Shown piece after piece: positions 50,456 through 62,485 of a stretch of DNA of 64,000 nucleotides. A program made the translations under genes and the position numbers. The DNA lies in assembly GCA_000091205.1 (NCBI GenBank), contig AP006502.2. One strand, given 5' to 3'. Below the pieces are notes generated by a model. The model searched no databases, was not told the origin of the DNA, and saw only the letters and a list, made by a program, of their open reading frames with translations. Every line of letters starts with the position of its first letter. Within the stretch, counting starts at the first letter, position 1. Source of the DNA: Cyanidioschyzon merolae (Eukaryota).

Positions 50456-52282
50456 ATGCGTTCAAGTCCAATGTTCATTCTTCAGCGTTCAAGCTTCGTC
50501 ACTTCGGATGGCAGCCTATTTGGCAAGGTCCAGGGACAGCGACAAGCTCGCAAGTGGCGTGGCGGCGCTGTACGGCAGCTGCAGGCGTCAATGGAAGCGG
50601 GGAACGTGGCTCGGCGGCGCTGGGCGTTCCAGCAGGCGAAACGGCAGGCAGAGGAAACTATTCGTAAAGTGCAAGAAGCTCGCAGGAAGCAAGAAGAGTT
50701 GATGCAAGCCCTCGATATGCCGGTTAGAGCGCCCCCGCCGCCTCCAACGTCCGTGGTTCGGGATACCTCCCACTTGGAGGCTGTGCGGCGAGAAATCGAG
50801 GCCAATCGACAAGCCGCCCAACGCGCCGCCGAGCTGGCAAGAGAAGAAAGCAAGGCGACAGGGCGTGCGGCTGGAGCAGCGACAAGCACTGCAACCTCTT
50901 CAGGGGTGACGGCGGGAAGCGGCCGGGACTCGACGGCGGGGCGGAGTGCTGCTGCGGCCGCTGGCTCGGTTTCAGCACCTAGCACCGCCGCTTCTAAGGA
51001 TGCGAAGGGCGCGGCGGGCTCTGGAGATGCGGGTACCGCTGCCCCAAAAGCAGCAGGCAGCGCTAGTACCCCTACATCGCCATCTGCATCAGCCGGCGCC
51101 ACAGCGACGAATCGAGCGAGCGGCAGCATGCCTGCTACAGGGTCAGCAGCATCGACCAAGTCGAGTCCAGCACCGCCAGCGAGTGAGACAAGCGGTGGTC
51201 GCACTAGCCAACCGCCGAAAACAAGCGCATCAGCGAGCGAGCCGGGATCTGGCGGTGCTGATGGCCCTACGAAGACCGACCGTCAGGGCAAGCAACCAAG
51301 CATGCTTGCGTCGACAACAACGACGACGACGACGACAAGTCCCTCATCGTCTCCGAACGAGCTGGGAAGGCACCGCTTGAGTGAGCGCGAGCTGCGACCG
51401 AGCTTTACAACACCAGGCGAATCGGATCGAGAACTTGAAAGCTTGCGACGCGCACGTGATGAAGCATTGCCACAAACGAAACGGGGCGTCTCTTTCGGTG
51501 ATGATTCTACACGAGACGACTCGGGGTCGGCACAGCCGTTCGTCCCCGAATGGACATCGCCGGGGAACGCATCTGCACCATCGTCTGGTCCGAACAGGGC
51601 GCCGTTGGGGTCCCGCGTTCAGCCGTCCGACGGGGCTGTAACCTACTCCGCGCCACGTGACGCTACGTACATCGCCTCAGAGACGGAATCAATAACTGCC
51701 CCTAGAAGTACCACAGCGTCTGTGACTCCGTCATCCGCTGGTTCGGAAAGAAACGCCCAGGATCGGGACACAGGCCTACGGAACGGAACGCGTTCCGAAA
51801 TGGACATGCCTTCCAACGACAGGGATGCCAGCAGAAGCGCTGCACCCAAGGGTTTTGGGATGTATATTCGCCGGGCCGGCCGCGAAAACAAACAAACCCA
51901 ACATGGTGATTCGCCGGCAGATGGGTTACCGATGCCTCAAGGCTCCCTCGGAGACGAGTCTTCAACCCGCGATGCCTCCCGGAACCCAGGTGGCGAGTCA
52001 CCGGTGCCAAATGCTCGAATTCATGGAAGCCGCGCACCAGTGACGACAACGAATGGTGTCGCAGGGAGCCCGGCTACCTCGTCCCGAAACACCCCGAATG
52101 TGGCGGCAGACCTGGAACACAAAGTGATCGATCATCTGCGTTCGGGGACGCTGACCACCTTGACGGTACCACAATTGCGCTCGTTTCTGCAGCAGCAGAA
52201 ATTGCCAACCACGGGTAAGAAGAAAGACCTTGTCGAGCAGGTGGAGCGCTGGTGGCAAGCAGCGCATCACCAAATTCGCTGA
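50456..52282 (+). CDS. low-complexity Ala/Ser/Thr-rich protein with an N-terminal coiled coil and a C-terminal SAP domain
   Basis: The C-terminus LTTLTVPQLRSFLQQQKLPTTGKKKDLVEQVERWW fits the SAP motif (L..L.V.eLR..L...gL...G.K..Li.Rl). The middle 350 aa are A/S/T/G-rich. A (CAG)n tract follows the stop codon. Confidence 0.45.
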   Translation: MRSSPMFILQRSSFVTSDGSLFGKVQGQRQARKWRGGAVRQLQASMEAGNVARRRWAFQQAKRQAEETIRKVQEARRKQEELMQALDMPVRAPPPPPTSVVRDTSHLEAVRREIEANRQAAQRAAELAREESKATGRAAGAATSTATSSGVTAGSGRDSTAGRSAAAAAGSVSAPSTAASKDAKGAAGSGDAGTAAPKAAGSASTPTSPSASAGATATNRASGSMPATGSAASTKSSPAPPASETSGGRTSQPPKTSASASEPGSGGADGPTKTDRQGKQPSMLASTTTTTTTTSPSSSPNELGRHRLSERELRPSFTTPGESDRELESLRRARDEALPQTKRGVSFGDDSTRDDSGSAQPFVPEWTSPGNASAPSSGPNRAPLGSRVQPSDGAVTYSAPRDATYIASETESITAPRSTTASVTPSSAGSERNAQDRDTGLRNGTRSEMDMPSNDRDASRSAAPKGFGMYIRRAGRENKQTQHGDSPADGLPMPQGSLGDESSTRDASRNPGGESPVPNARIHGSRAPVTTTNGVAGSPATSSRNTPNVAADLEHKVIDHLRSGTLTTLTVPQLRSFLQQQKLPTTGKKKDLVEQVERWWQAAHHQIR

Positions 52283-53222
52283 ATGAACACCAGCAGCAAC
52301 AGCAGCAGCAGCAGCATCAAGGCGAAGTGCACCTGACTGGGGCGATGCGCTGCGACCCCGAGCACCGCATCGTCGGTGACTGGGTCCTTGACGCAGAGCG
52401 ACGCAAGCATACGAACTGTTAGCATCCGGGGAGGGAGCGCTCTGTTTGTCAATACGTGGGCGCAAGTATGTTGTTCCGTTGCAAATGGACAGGGAACGGG
52501 TTAAGGGCACACAATAGAAACACAGCTAAAGGGCTCGAACCATTTGTGTGGTTCCTTGGCAACGCCAGGGACTCGAGGTTCAGCACAAGTGACGCTTGCG
52601 CTCGTTGCCAATCAGTTCACCGACCGGGACTGGGTATCTCGGGGGACCCTCAAAGCGCCCCAGTAACCGGCAGACTCGACGCGACGTATCGGGATCGTAA
52701 AAGACTCGCAACCGGGAACGCGTATACAGTACACTCGCCCGAACCGCTGGACGTTGATTCCGATCTTTTTTTCACCCGTACGCCAACATAGTTCCGCGCA
52801 AGTTTCTACAGCGTTTCTCATGGCACCAAAGTTTTCAAAGCACGGCTCCTGGCGAGGTTTCCGCAAAACACAACTGCAGGCCGTCGAAAGGTGGCAGGGC
52901 GACAGAGACCTGTTGCCTTTCGGGTGCCAGCATACCGTGCTTCATATACCTGCCATGAAACCTGTAGAGCCTCTTGGTCAGATACGGGTCCCATACGCCC
53001 GTCCAGCTCCGCATGTAACAATAATCAGAACACGAATCGTGTATCTGTTTAGCGAACGCAGAAAAGCAATGCAAAAACGCATCGCATCGCTGCCGCTGCC
53101 AAGCCAAATCTCCAACAGTACCGCCCGGGTACGGAGTTCAGGTCGCTGTACTCGAGGCAACACTGCCGAGCGGGTCTGCGCTCTCTACGAAAACCAACAA
53201 CCCATTCATCCGCTACGCGAAT

Positions 53223-55031
53223 GTGCTGAACCAGTACGCGTTAGAGATAACGTGTTTCATGCGGCCTTTCGGTTCCGTTCGTCTTTGGCGAGGAGCTGCT
53301 GCGTTCCCGCTAGCCGCGTGGTTGCCAGCGTTCGCTACACGGCGGCTAGCTTCGTCACAGTCGCGAAACCTTGCCGAGCCTCCCAAACAACCCGTTAACG
53401 CTAACCAGGTCTTACAGAATGAATATGAACGTTTAATGGTACTGGCAGAGCAAGGAGGCGGACCCAGTGCCCGCAAGCGTCACCAGGCACGGGGCAAGCT
53501 ACTGGTGCGGGAGCGCCTCGCTGCGCTGCTCGACCCGGGCTCGCCGTTCCTCGAGCTGAGCGCTCTCGCTGGAGCTGGCGACTACGTGTATGCAGGTGCC
53601 CCGGATGACGACAGCGAGACGAAAATGCCGCCAGGAGCAGGACTCTTAACCGGTATAGGTCTCGTAGCCGAACGCTGGTGCATGATCATTGCGAACGACG
53701 CAACGGTTAAAGGCGGTACCTACTTTCCGCTGACGGTGAAGAAGCACCTTCGTGCACAAGAAATCGCTGCGGAAAATCGTTTGCCCTGTATCTATCTAGC
53801 AGACTCGGGTGGTGCCTATCTCCCGTTGCAGCATCGAGTTTTCCCCGATCGTGATCACTTTGGTCGAATCTTTTACAATCAAGCTCGAATGAGTCGGGAT
53901 GGCATCCTGCAGATCGCAGCAGTGCTCGGCAGCTGCACTGCTGGCGGTGCATACGTTCCAGCCATGTCCGATGAGGCGATCATGGTGCACGGCACGGGGA
54001 CGATTTTCCTGGGAGGACCTCCGCTCGTGAAGGCGGCTATCGGCGAGGACGTGTCCGCGGAGGAACTCGGTGGAGCGCTGGTACACACCCAGCAGAGCGG
54101 TGTCGCCGATCATCTCGTGGAGAACGACGCTGAGGCGCTGCTGCGAGTGCGAGCAGCGGTGAAGCGGCGAGCGCTGCCAGCGCGCCAGGCCTCTACCAGC
54201 CCCCTGATGGAGTCCTTTCCGGCACCGCGAGCGTCGATAGGGGATCTAGAGCGTACCCTCGTTGGGGAAAACCCTCGAGCTGACGAATCAAGCGCCCGTC
54301 TTATCGGTGGAGCTGGTGCTGGTGGTCTGGATATGTATCAACTGATCGCATGCCTGGTGGACGGCTCCGTCTTTGATGAATTCAAGGCGCAATACGGAAC
54401 AACGCTGGTAACTGGCTTTGCGAGCATCTATGGTCAACAGGTGGGCCTTGTCGGGAATCAGGGGGTGCTCGTGAGTGATGCGGCGAAGAAAGGGACGCAT
54501 TTCATCCAGTTATGCGAGCAGCAGGGTATCCCGCTTGTATTTCTACAAAACATCAGCGGTTTCATGGTTGGAAAGCAGGCCGAGTGGGGCGGTATCGCCA
54601 AGGACGGCGCCAAAATGGTCAATGCCGTAGCGTGTGTTCGCGTTCCGAAGATCACCGTCATTGTTGGTTCCAGCTACGGAGCCGGCAATTACGGTATGTG
54701 TGGGCGTGCGTATGGGCCTCGTTTCCTTTTCACTTGGCCCAGTGCCCGAATTGGAGTCATGGGCAGCGAGCAGGCCGCTAACGTTCTCCGTCAGGTGCAG
54801 GGGGGGCGTTCCGATCCGGCGGCGGAGGCAGGTATCAACGCCCTAACCAAGCGCTACGCGTTCGAGAACAGTGCCTGGTTTGCAACAGCGAACCTCTGGG
54901 ACGACGGTGTCGTTTTACCACGCGACACACGGCAGGTCCTGGGCATTGCACTGCGAGTCGTGGAGTCGGCATCTGAAACGGAAACCTCAGTAACTGCACA
55001 ACGGGGTCGCTACGGCGTCTTCCGCATGTAA
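53223..55031 (+). CDS. MCCB: 3-methylcrotonyl-CoA carboxylase beta subunit (carboxyltransferase), mitochondrial
   Basis: [28 protein letters not shown]...[76 protein letters not shown]...[20 protein letters not shown] is near-identical to animal MCCC2 through the core. An RRLASS presequence precedes it. Confidence 0.9.
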   Translation: MLNQYALEITCFMRPFGSVRLWRGAAAFPLAAWLPAFATRRLASSQSRNLAEPPKQPVNANQVLQNEYERLMVLAEQGGGPSARKRHQARGKLLVRERLAALLDPGSPFLELSALAGAGDYVYAGAPDDDSETKMPPGAGLLTGIGLVAERWCMIIANDATVKGGTYFPLTVKKHLRAQEIAAENRLPCIYLADSGGAYLPLQHRVFPDRDHFGRIFYNQARMSRDGILQIAAVLGSCTAGGAYVPAMSDEAIMVHGTGTIFLGGPPLVKAAIGEDVSAEELGGALVHTQQSGVADHLVENDAEALLRVRAAVKRRALPARQASTSPLMESFPAPRASIGDLERTLVGENPRADESSARLIGGAGAGGLDMYQLIACLVDGSVFDEFKAQYGTTLVTGFASIYGQQVGLVGNQGVLVSDAAKKGTHFIQLCEQQGIPLVFLQNISGFMVGKQAEWGGIAKDGAKMVNAVACVRVPKITVIVGSSYGAGNYGMCGRAYGPRFLFTWPSARIGVMGSEQAANVLRQVQGGRSDPAAEAGINALTKRYAFENSAWFATANLWDDGVVLPRDTRQVLGIALRVVESASETETSVTAQRGRYGVFRM

Positions 55032-55860
55032 ACCCTTGGCCTCGTAGTGGCACGAATCCTGTCCCCGGAGGCGCCTTGTCGCGTCGTGGGTCAGCGCCCA
55101 TCCGCTGCTCTCCATGGCATAGAATCGATGCTGAGAGCCGGATTATCGCCGAGTTCGCGAACGCTGCTGGTTATCGAGGCACCCATCGCAAGAGTCTTCC
55201 GGGAAGGCTACTGCATTCCACCGCCTCCAGTGCAGTGTTTTCGCATAGAAGCGAACTTGCATCGATCATCCCCGTGACCCTCTTACGCCAACGAGAAAGC
55301 GCACATGCATATGAATGCGGATGTGCCTACGGGGAGCATCGGCAACATCCAGCTAGCCGATACCTCTCTTCGAGTCATTTGCTTGATGATCGTCGACCAA
55401 GGAGCGGGGAAACCACCACCATGATGTGGTATGCGGGAGACGCTCACGCGAATCCAGTGCCCCGGAGAGCGTTTGCCAACTATTGCGGTGCACCAGCAGT
55501 GATTGCCACCCGGAAATAGCGCTTCGCTCTGTGACTTGCGTGCAGTGCGCGAACCTAAGCTCTTCGTTTCTGAATCATGAGCACTACTTTTCGCACCAGT
55601 CGTTACAGCGCGCTTGCAGACGACAGCACCGCATTCGAAGCATCACTTTACCGGGTTTTTCGTCGAAAGCATGCATCCAGCAGTTGTCGTATCTCGCGAG
55701 AAGATTCACCAGGGCGCCTCGCACATATCAGGGTACGATACCACGGCAGTTTTTCACGCTTTACATTCGCATATATTCGAGGTTTTATCTGGCCGGTGTC
55801 AAGTCTGGTTATCGCCGGTCCACTTGGGAGACGTCCAGCGCATTCGTGCTTGCGCTCTGC

Positions 55861-57762
55861 TCACTTGGTTGCATGCGATGCCTCGTAGAGTTCACGCCCG
55901 ATCAATATCCGGCGAATCTCGCTCGTCCCTGCCCCGATTTCATAGAGTTTCGCATCTCGCAACAGCCGACCCGTTGGGTAATCCGAGATGTACCCGTTTC
56001 CACCGAGCGCTTGGATAGCTTGCAATGCACACTGCGTTGCACGCTCCGCATTCTGGAGAATCACAGAAGCGCAGTCCTTGCGAAAGCGACGCAGCTGGGG
56101 ATTCAGGCCGCCGTGCTTGCTGCTCGCAGGAGGCGTAGGCTCGCCTATTTGCCTCGTGAGTTTGTCCACCGATGCCGCAACGCCAAAGGTATGCGCCCGA
56201 CTCGCTGCTAATGCCCCGTACATATCCGCAAGCTTTGCTTGCATCAATGGAAAGGTGCCAATGGGGCTACCGAATTGTTGACGTTCACGAACGTACGGCA
56301 AAACGACATCCAAACAGGCCTGCATAATACCGAGCGGTCCTGCGCTCAGCACCAACCGCTCTGCATCCAAACCGGCCATGAGAACAGTGGTGCCAAGGCC
56401 GGGCTCACCAAGGACCGCGTCATCCGGCACCCAGACGTCATCGAAGACGAGTTCGCAGGTATTACTCCCGCGCATACCCAACTTGTCTAGTTTCTGTGCA
56501 ACGCGATATCGCGGACCCAGCTGCGCCGTCTCCAGCACAAACGCCGTGAGTTTCGGCTTGCTCTGCTTGGGTAGCGACGAACTCGAAGCGCTCTCCACCG
56601 CCGCCAGTGTCGATGTCGATGCGGAGTGCGACTCCAGCTCCGGGGTTCGCGCATACACCACGACTACATCGGCATCGGGGCCGTTCGTAATCCACATTTT
56701 CGTTCCCCGAATACTCCATCCTGAACGCAACTCTCCGGCGGCAGTAGTACGCTTGCGCTGATAAGCGCTCGTTCGCATGGAGCCAAGGACATCAGAGCCA
56801 GCGCCTGTTTCGCTCATGGCTAGCGCACCGACCCAGACGCCGCTGCACAGAGGCGGCAAAAGTCGCTCCTTCTGAGCAGCGCTACCATGTCGCTCTATCT
56901 GCATCATACAGAGATTCGAATGCGCTCCATAGGAGAGCCCGATACTCGGTGATGCTCGACTTAGCTCTTCCATGACGAGACAATGCTCGACGAGGCCTAA
57001 ACCGAGTCCGCCATAGGCGTTTGCAGTCGCCACACCGAGCACACCAAGGTTGCCCAGTTCTGTCCAGAGTTGCTCACGTGGAAAGCGGTTTGCTTCGTCG
57101 ATAGCGGCAGCGTAGGGTGCAATGTACTCGTGCGCGAAAGCACGAACGGTGTTCCGTAGTCCCGAGCGATCCGAGTCCAGCACGGTGCCGAGGAGAACCT
57201 CGTCGGCATGCGTATGCCGCCCGTCGTAGTAAGTGGGTCCAGGGGCGGTCCACCAAGCGCTGGTGGACGGTGCGCTCGCCGAGTGTGCCGAAGCGGGTCC
57301 CGCTGACGCGACAGTGCTTTGCGGCGGTAGCGACGATGATGATGATGAGGATGATGATGAGGATGATACCTCGCGTCGAAAGCGCTTCCCTGGCGACAAG
57401 ACCCCCGTTCGTTCACGGTTCCGCTGCAGCCCAGACGGCAACGGCACCTCGAGTCGCGTCACTGAAGCAACTGCACCCACTTGTTCACGTTTTAGCGCAT
57501 GCTCCACCGTACAATACCCGTGCTGGCGAGAGAAAACGCGCAGCGGTGTCCGCGCGTCCGGGCACACCTCAGTGTAGCGTTCGCGAGACTCAAAGCGCCA
57601 CTCGCTCCCCGTCCTATGGTCTGCAATGCAGCCGCAGACACAGTCACCGGGATACCACTTGCGTGCGTGGTGGTAGCAGCACCGCCACCAGAGCCGCGAA
57701 AGCACGTCACTGTGCTTGGGGGCTTCACGAAAGCCAAACGCTCGGCCAAGCCAAAGCATCAC
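55861..57762 (-). CDS. IVD: isovaleryl-CoA dehydrogenase (acyl-CoA dehydrogenase family), with a long low-complexity N-terminal extension
   Basis: LGNLGVLGVATANAYGGLGLGLVEHCLVMEELSRASPSIGLSYGAHSNLCMMQIERHGSAAQKERLLPPLCSGVWVGALAMSETGAGSDV matches IVD, including the GALAMSE..GSDV block. The C-terminal ACAD helical domain is present. A poly-Ser tract is encoded by (GAT/GAG)n at 57332-57367. Confidence 0.85.
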   Translation of the reverse strand: MMLWLGRAFGFREAPKHSDVLSRLWWRCCYHHARKWYPGDCVCGCIADHRTGSEWRFESRERYTEVCPDARTPLRVFSRQHGYCTVEHALKREQVGAVASVTRLEVPLPSGLQRNRERTGVLSPGKRFRREVSSSSSSSSSSSSLPPQSTVASAGPASAHSASAPSTSAWWTAPGPTYYDGRHTHADEVLLGTVLDSDRSGLRNTVRAFAHEYIAPYAAAIDEANRFPREQLWTELGNLGVLGVATANAYGGLGLGLVEHCLVMEELSRASPSIGLSYGAHSNLCMMQIERHGSAAQKERLLPPLCSGVWVGALAMSETGAGSDVLGSMRTSAYQRKRTTAAGELRSGWSIRGTKMWITNGPDADVVVVYARTPELESHSASTSTLAAVESASSSSLPKQSKPKLTAFVLETAQLGPRYRVAQKLDKLGMRGSNTCELVFDDVWVPDDAVLGEPGLGTTVLMAGLDAERLVLSAGPLGIMQACLDVVLPYVRERQQFGSPIGTFPLMQAKLADMYGALAASRAHTFGVAASVDKLTRQIGEPTPPASSKHGGLNPQLRRFRKDCASVILQNAERATQCALQAIQALGGNGYISDYPTGRLLRDAKLYEIGAGTSEIRRILIGRELYEASHATK

Positions 57763-58166
57763 AAAGCCAAAAGCCTTTCCACGTCACAAGCCCGCAAACC
57801 TGTACACACGAAACACCTGTTCAGTCACACACTGGGAGTCAACGACGCTTCCAGGGCACTGCACACGAACACACACCCTAGACGAGCAGGCGGGTACGGG
57901 TGCTTGCGGTTGTCCAGGGCGTCGCTGGGCGCTGAACGTGCCAGCGCAGGCAAGGCCGTTTCTGCCAGGCCAGATACAGGAAATCGCGGCATCGATCTCC
58001 CGCGTATGCCCCGTCGAATCGACAGGCAGGAGAAAGCACGCCTTGTTCGACAAGCGAGGTCCCTTAGGCGTGTACCGACACGCGCACACTGGATACGTAC
58101 TCGTAAAGGCCTTGGAGTGGTCGTGTTTGAAAGCTCCTGGAGCGGGGAACCACAAGTCGGCGTGGT

Positions 58167-60920
58167 ATGAACTCGGCAGCAATAGCACTTGACGCTGTTT
58201 TTATAGCGAACCGAGGCGATGCCGCACTCCGAGTCATTCGTACGGCGAAACGACTTGGACTCGTGACAGCGGTAGCTTGCACTCGCGCTGAACTCGTGCG
58301 ACCCACAGCAGCGGTCGACGCTGCCGACTACGCTGTGGAACTCGACGGGGCACTGCCCGCCGCTGGTCCAGCCACAGCGCCCTACGTCGACGTGGAACGC
58401 GTCGTACTGGCAGCGGAACGCTTCCGAGAGCGACTCCTGGAACGTAAACCTGATGCTCGCAAGTCGGTATCCGCTCTGCAGGTGGCGGTGCATCCAGGCT
58501 GGGGGTTTCTTTCGGAGCGCTCCGACTTTGCGAACGCTGTGCTGGAGCGCGGCTTCCGGTGGTGCGGGCCGTCGGCACACGCCATGCAGGCCATGGGCGA
58601 GAAGGTGTCTGCGCGGGAGACCATGTCCAAGGCGGCGGTACCTGTGGTGCCCGGCCTGCGTCTCGCTCAGGTAGCGTCGCAGTCAACGGAGGTGCAACGC
58701 CTCGGAGAGATGCTCGTAAGCCAGGTCGGCTTTCCGCTCATCCTCAAACCTGTTTACGGCGGCGGTGGCAAAGGCATGCGCGTTGTACGACATCCCAGCG
58801 AGCTGCCGCGTGCGCTGCAGGCCGCTCGCCGCGAAGCACGTATCGCATGTGGCGATGATACGCTCCTGGCGGAGCGATACCTCGAATCTGTTCGCCACAT
58901 TGAATTTCAGATATTCGGAGGCTATCGGGATGGAGCCTACGAAGCCGTGCATCTTTACGAACGCGACTGCTCTGTGCAGCGACGTCATCAGAAGATCGTG
59001 GAGGAGTCACCGGCCCCTGGTCTGCCGGTCGCTACCCGCGAAAAAATGGCCCAGTGTGCGGTGCGAGCCGCCCGGGCCGTCGCCTACGAGGGCGCTGGCA
59101 CCGTCGAGTTCCTCTATGATCCCGTCCGGGAGGATTTCTTCTTCATGGAGATGAATACGCGCCTGCAGGTAGAGCATCCGGTCACCGAGATGATCGTGCG
59201 CACCAGGCCCCTGAACGTCGGCACGCTCCAGAACAGCAGAAGGACGCTGGACGGGAGCCCCGGAGACCGGTCGGAGGCCGCCCCAGTGGACCTTGTCGAG
59301 TGGCAGTTTCGCGTTGCTGCTGGCGAGCCGCTCCCAGTTGCCAGTCAGGATGCGCTCTCGATTCGTGAACCAGCACATGCGATGGAGTTGCGTGTGTACG
59401 CTGAAACACCCGATGAACAGGGCAACTGGCTGCCCCAGCAAGGCCGTCTGGAGCGGTTCGCGATCGACGGTCTCGATATCGAACAGCACATGCCAACGGA
59501 TACGCTTCGTGTTGATGCAGGTATCCGCACCGGGGACGAAGTCTCTATCGAGTTCGATCCGATGATTGCGAAAATCATTGTGTGTGAACCGGAACGCCCC
59601 CAGAGCATTTCAGCGTTGCAACGGCTGCTCGAATCGAGTCAAATATGGGGTGTTTCGACGAATGTTCCTTTTTTGCAGGCTTTACTCGCCGACGAAGAGT
59701 TCCTGCATGGAGTAGGTGGACGTGGTCACGGTGTTCCGGTTACCTGGTTGGAGCACCGCTTGCCGTTGCTGCTATCGCGTACCGTCTCCGCGGGTGCAGT
59801 GCGGTCGGAAACCGCACCGCCGGGGACGCGATCGGTGTTGGAAACATCCAGCACGCTGCAAGGCGCCTCTTTGGAGACATATGCATCTGCACGAGAGACG
59901 CAGAAGCGTCCCGATGAACAGGGATGTCCTCTGGACCTCGAGAGTCGTGGCGACGGGAGCGATGTCGCCCGACTTGCCTCGTCTGCAGTGCCGGTGTGGA
60001 GAGCGCTGGCGGCAACCGCCTGGGCTGCTACCGAGCCCTACTGGCTGCTGAGTCGACCTTTCGGCGGCTTTCGTAATGATGGACGCGGCAATCGATTCGA
60101 ATGGTACCTGGAGTACCCGGTGCTGCAGCAGATGCAGCAGCGAGCACCATTGCAGCGACCTACAAACGAGTCGATGCTTCCGTCGTTCTACCGAGCGCTG
60201 CTTCGACTGGGGCGTGCACCCGCTACCGTTTGTTTCTTTCCGAGCGCTGCGGATGCTGCGCCCCGAACCGGCCTGGAAAATCACCCCGAGCGCGATGATC
60301 TTCTCGACTGGGTAGTGGAAATACAACAGGTCTGGCCGGCTGCCTCAGAGTCAGCTGTTGTGCCTTTGACGCTCTATCCGGATGAACGACTCGCGATCGA
60401 CGGTGTGGTCGCTCCGGTTGACGCGTATTGTGTGGAGGCGCCTTTGGAAGCGACCGATCATGAAGAGCTAGCCCCGCAGTGGTGCTTTCGCCTCGCGGAC
60501 GGGACAATTGTTCGCGTCCATACACCGCTCTCTTTCGCGCTGTGGCGTCTCGGGAGGCGGGAACTTACCAGCACCAGCACCAGCACCAGCGCCAGCACCA
60601 GAGTAGCACAAGCGGAGACCGGGTTGCATCGCCGTCCGGCAGGCAAAGCCGCTGTCGAGTCGCTCCCGGGTCAGGTGCTGAGTCCCATGCCCGGTCGACT
60701 CCTGGAACTCCTCGTGCAGAAGGGCCAAATGGTGCATCACGGGGAGCCACTCGCTATTCTCGAAGCCATGAAAATGGAGCATACGGTTCGAGCACCCATG
60801 GATGGCGTCGTGACTCGTGTCACAGAGCTTCCGTGTGGTGCTTATATGCCCGCTGGTACGTTTCTCTGCATGCTGCGGGATCTGCGGAAGGAGCCTTCTG
60901 AACAAGCAGACAAGGTTTGA
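58167..60920 (+). CDS. MCCA: 3-methylcrotonyl-CoA carboxylase alpha subunit (biotin carboxylase + BCCP domain)
   Basis: ATP-grasp core GFPLILKPVYGGGGKGMRVV. Then ERDCSVQRRHQKIVEESPAP..GAGTVEFLYD...FFFMEMNTRLQVEHPVTEMI, and FDPMIAKIIV. The C-terminal biotinyl domain has EAMKMEH. Several lineage-specific insertions include a (CACCAG)n-encoded TSTSTSAST stretch at 60567-60600. Confidence 0.9.
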   Translation: MNSAAIALDAVFIANRGDAALRVIRTAKRLGLVTAVACTRAELVRPTAAVDAADYAVELDGALPAAGPATAPYVDVERVVLAAERFRERLLERKPDARKSVSALQVAVHPGWGFLSERSDFANAVLERGFRWCGPSAHAMQAMGEKVSARETMSKAAVPVVPGLRLAQVASQSTEVQRLGEMLVSQVGFPLILKPVYGGGGKGMRVVRHPSELPRALQAARREARIACGDDTLLAERYLESVRHIEFQIFGGYRDGAYEAVHLYERDCSVQRRHQKIVEESPAPGLPVATREKMAQCAVRAARAVAYEGAGTVEFLYDPVREDFFFMEMNTRLQVEHPVTEMIVRTRPLNVGTLQNSRRTLDGSPGDRSEAAPVDLVEWQFRVAAGEPLPVASQDALSIREPAHAMELRVYAETPDEQGNWLPQQGRLERFAIDGLDIEQHMPTDTLRVDAGIRTGDEVSIEFDPMIAKIIVCEPERPQSISALQRLLESSQIWGVSTNVPFLQALLADEEFLHGVGGRGHGVPVTWLEHRLPLLLSRTVSAGAVRSETAPPGTRSVLETSSTLQGASLETYASARETQKRPDEQGCPLDLESRGDGSDVARLASSAVPVWRALAATAWAATEPYWLLSRPFGGFRNDGRGNRFEWYLEYPVLQQMQQRAPLQRPTNESMLPSFYRALLRLGRAPATVCFFPSAADAAPRTGLENHPERDDLLDWVVEIQQVWPAASESAVVPLTLYPDERLAIDGVVAPVDAYCVEAPLEATDHEELAPQWCFRLADGTIVRVHTPLSFALWRLGRRELTSTSTSTSASTRVAQAETGLHRRPAGKAAVESLPGQVLSPMPGRLLELLVQKGQMVHHGEPLAILEAMKMEHTVRAPMDGVVTRVTELPCGAYMPAGTFLCMLRDLRKEPSEQADKV

Positions 60921-62485
60921 ATCATCTCTTGCGGAGCACTGGACCTATTTTGGTAGCGATAGCGCGACGTGAACTTGTGCTTTGGCTGCTTGCTGCAGCT
61001 GCATTCGTTACGGGCTGTGCACAGCGGCAGATGCCTTCGAGAAACGTATGGCGCACGGTAATGAAACCTGAGCGCACTGCAACATACCCGGAGCTGCTTG
61101 TAGAGCGTACAGCCACTGCAGCAGCTGGTTGATCCGGAGAAAACAGTTTCCAGTTGCATTGCGGATTGCAGGGCGCTGCATCCATCGCAGGGAAGAGTGA
61201 AATGGGGTTCCCTCGGCTGACTCGGGGACACACGTATTCGTAAGGTTAGGGTCTTTTTCACTAGCCATTAGACTGAGCCTACACGCGCTTTTTCTTCAGT
61301 GACTGCTCCCTTTTCCTCTCTGTTTTGAATCAGGATTTACGCGTGCCGGTCTCCGATGTCCATCAAGGTCCGTTGTCAGCCGTAGAACGGTATTCACGGG
61401 AGTGTTCGGGTCCCGGTAGCGCCGCTTTCGGCTGTTGTCGACGCATTTCACTCACAGGAGGTAGTTGCCATCTAGGCTACGCTTGCCATGTTCACCTTTT
61501 TTATGGACAGCCTCGGGGCGCGCTTCGCACCCGTGACACTTGTGCATGCTCGGGTTGGCGCTTACGTTCATAAGACCCCTCGCTTCCAAGGGCCGTTCCG
61601 TGAAGTGCGAGCGCTTCCCTCGCCACGCTTTCATGGTCCTTGACGAGTGCAGAACATTCCGCTCCATACTCTGTATTGTTCCCGCGCCTGATGCCGTACC
61701 CTACCGTCACGGGCTTCTTCTTGGCGTTGTCGTCTGCATGGGGGCTCTCCGCTGGATTGCCCGCACACGCTGTACAGTTCGATAGAAGATCTGTTGAACG
61801 CGAGCGTGTTCATCATAGAACGAGTATCCCAAGGAACATCCAGACAGGAGCCCAAGTCGATAAATTCCAAATTGTCTACACTTCTTTCATGCAAAGCGAT
61901 GATGAACGCTCGACTCGAGGTTATCGCTGCGATGACTACATTCCGATTCAACGATCCCTTTCCATGCAGATACAACAGAATAGACGAAAGCTTTAGCGAG
62001 CATGTCCCGTGCCGCGATCCACCATGTCGTCAAAGATCGTTTCTTCGATGACCATAAAGAGAAGAGTAAGAGTGTCCCACACGTAATATATTATTTGACG
62101 TGAAACGTTTCTTATGGTCTCTGCTTCAGCTTGTGAACGAGTCGACAACGGACCAGGTCGACTTACTTTTCCGATCCAAGCTCCGGGCGCGTAACGCTTC
62201 GCCCCGCGAGTCGCCTTGAAACAGAAAGACAAAAAACCTGACGCATGCGTGATATGGGTATGCTGTAGGCGAGTACGGAAGGCGGGAGCCTAGAGGCTCG
62301 AACGTTTGAATTTGAAAACGATGCTGGTTATTTCACCAGCCATTGGTCGAGGGCACCGCGACTCACGTTGATTCTGTTACTTGATGAATCCCAGCAGCAA
62401 AGAGTCTACGGAGCCAGCCCCGAAAACATGACCAAGTATCCTGAAATGACGTTTGAGTCCGTAATCTCCTGATGCTGCACTTGGA

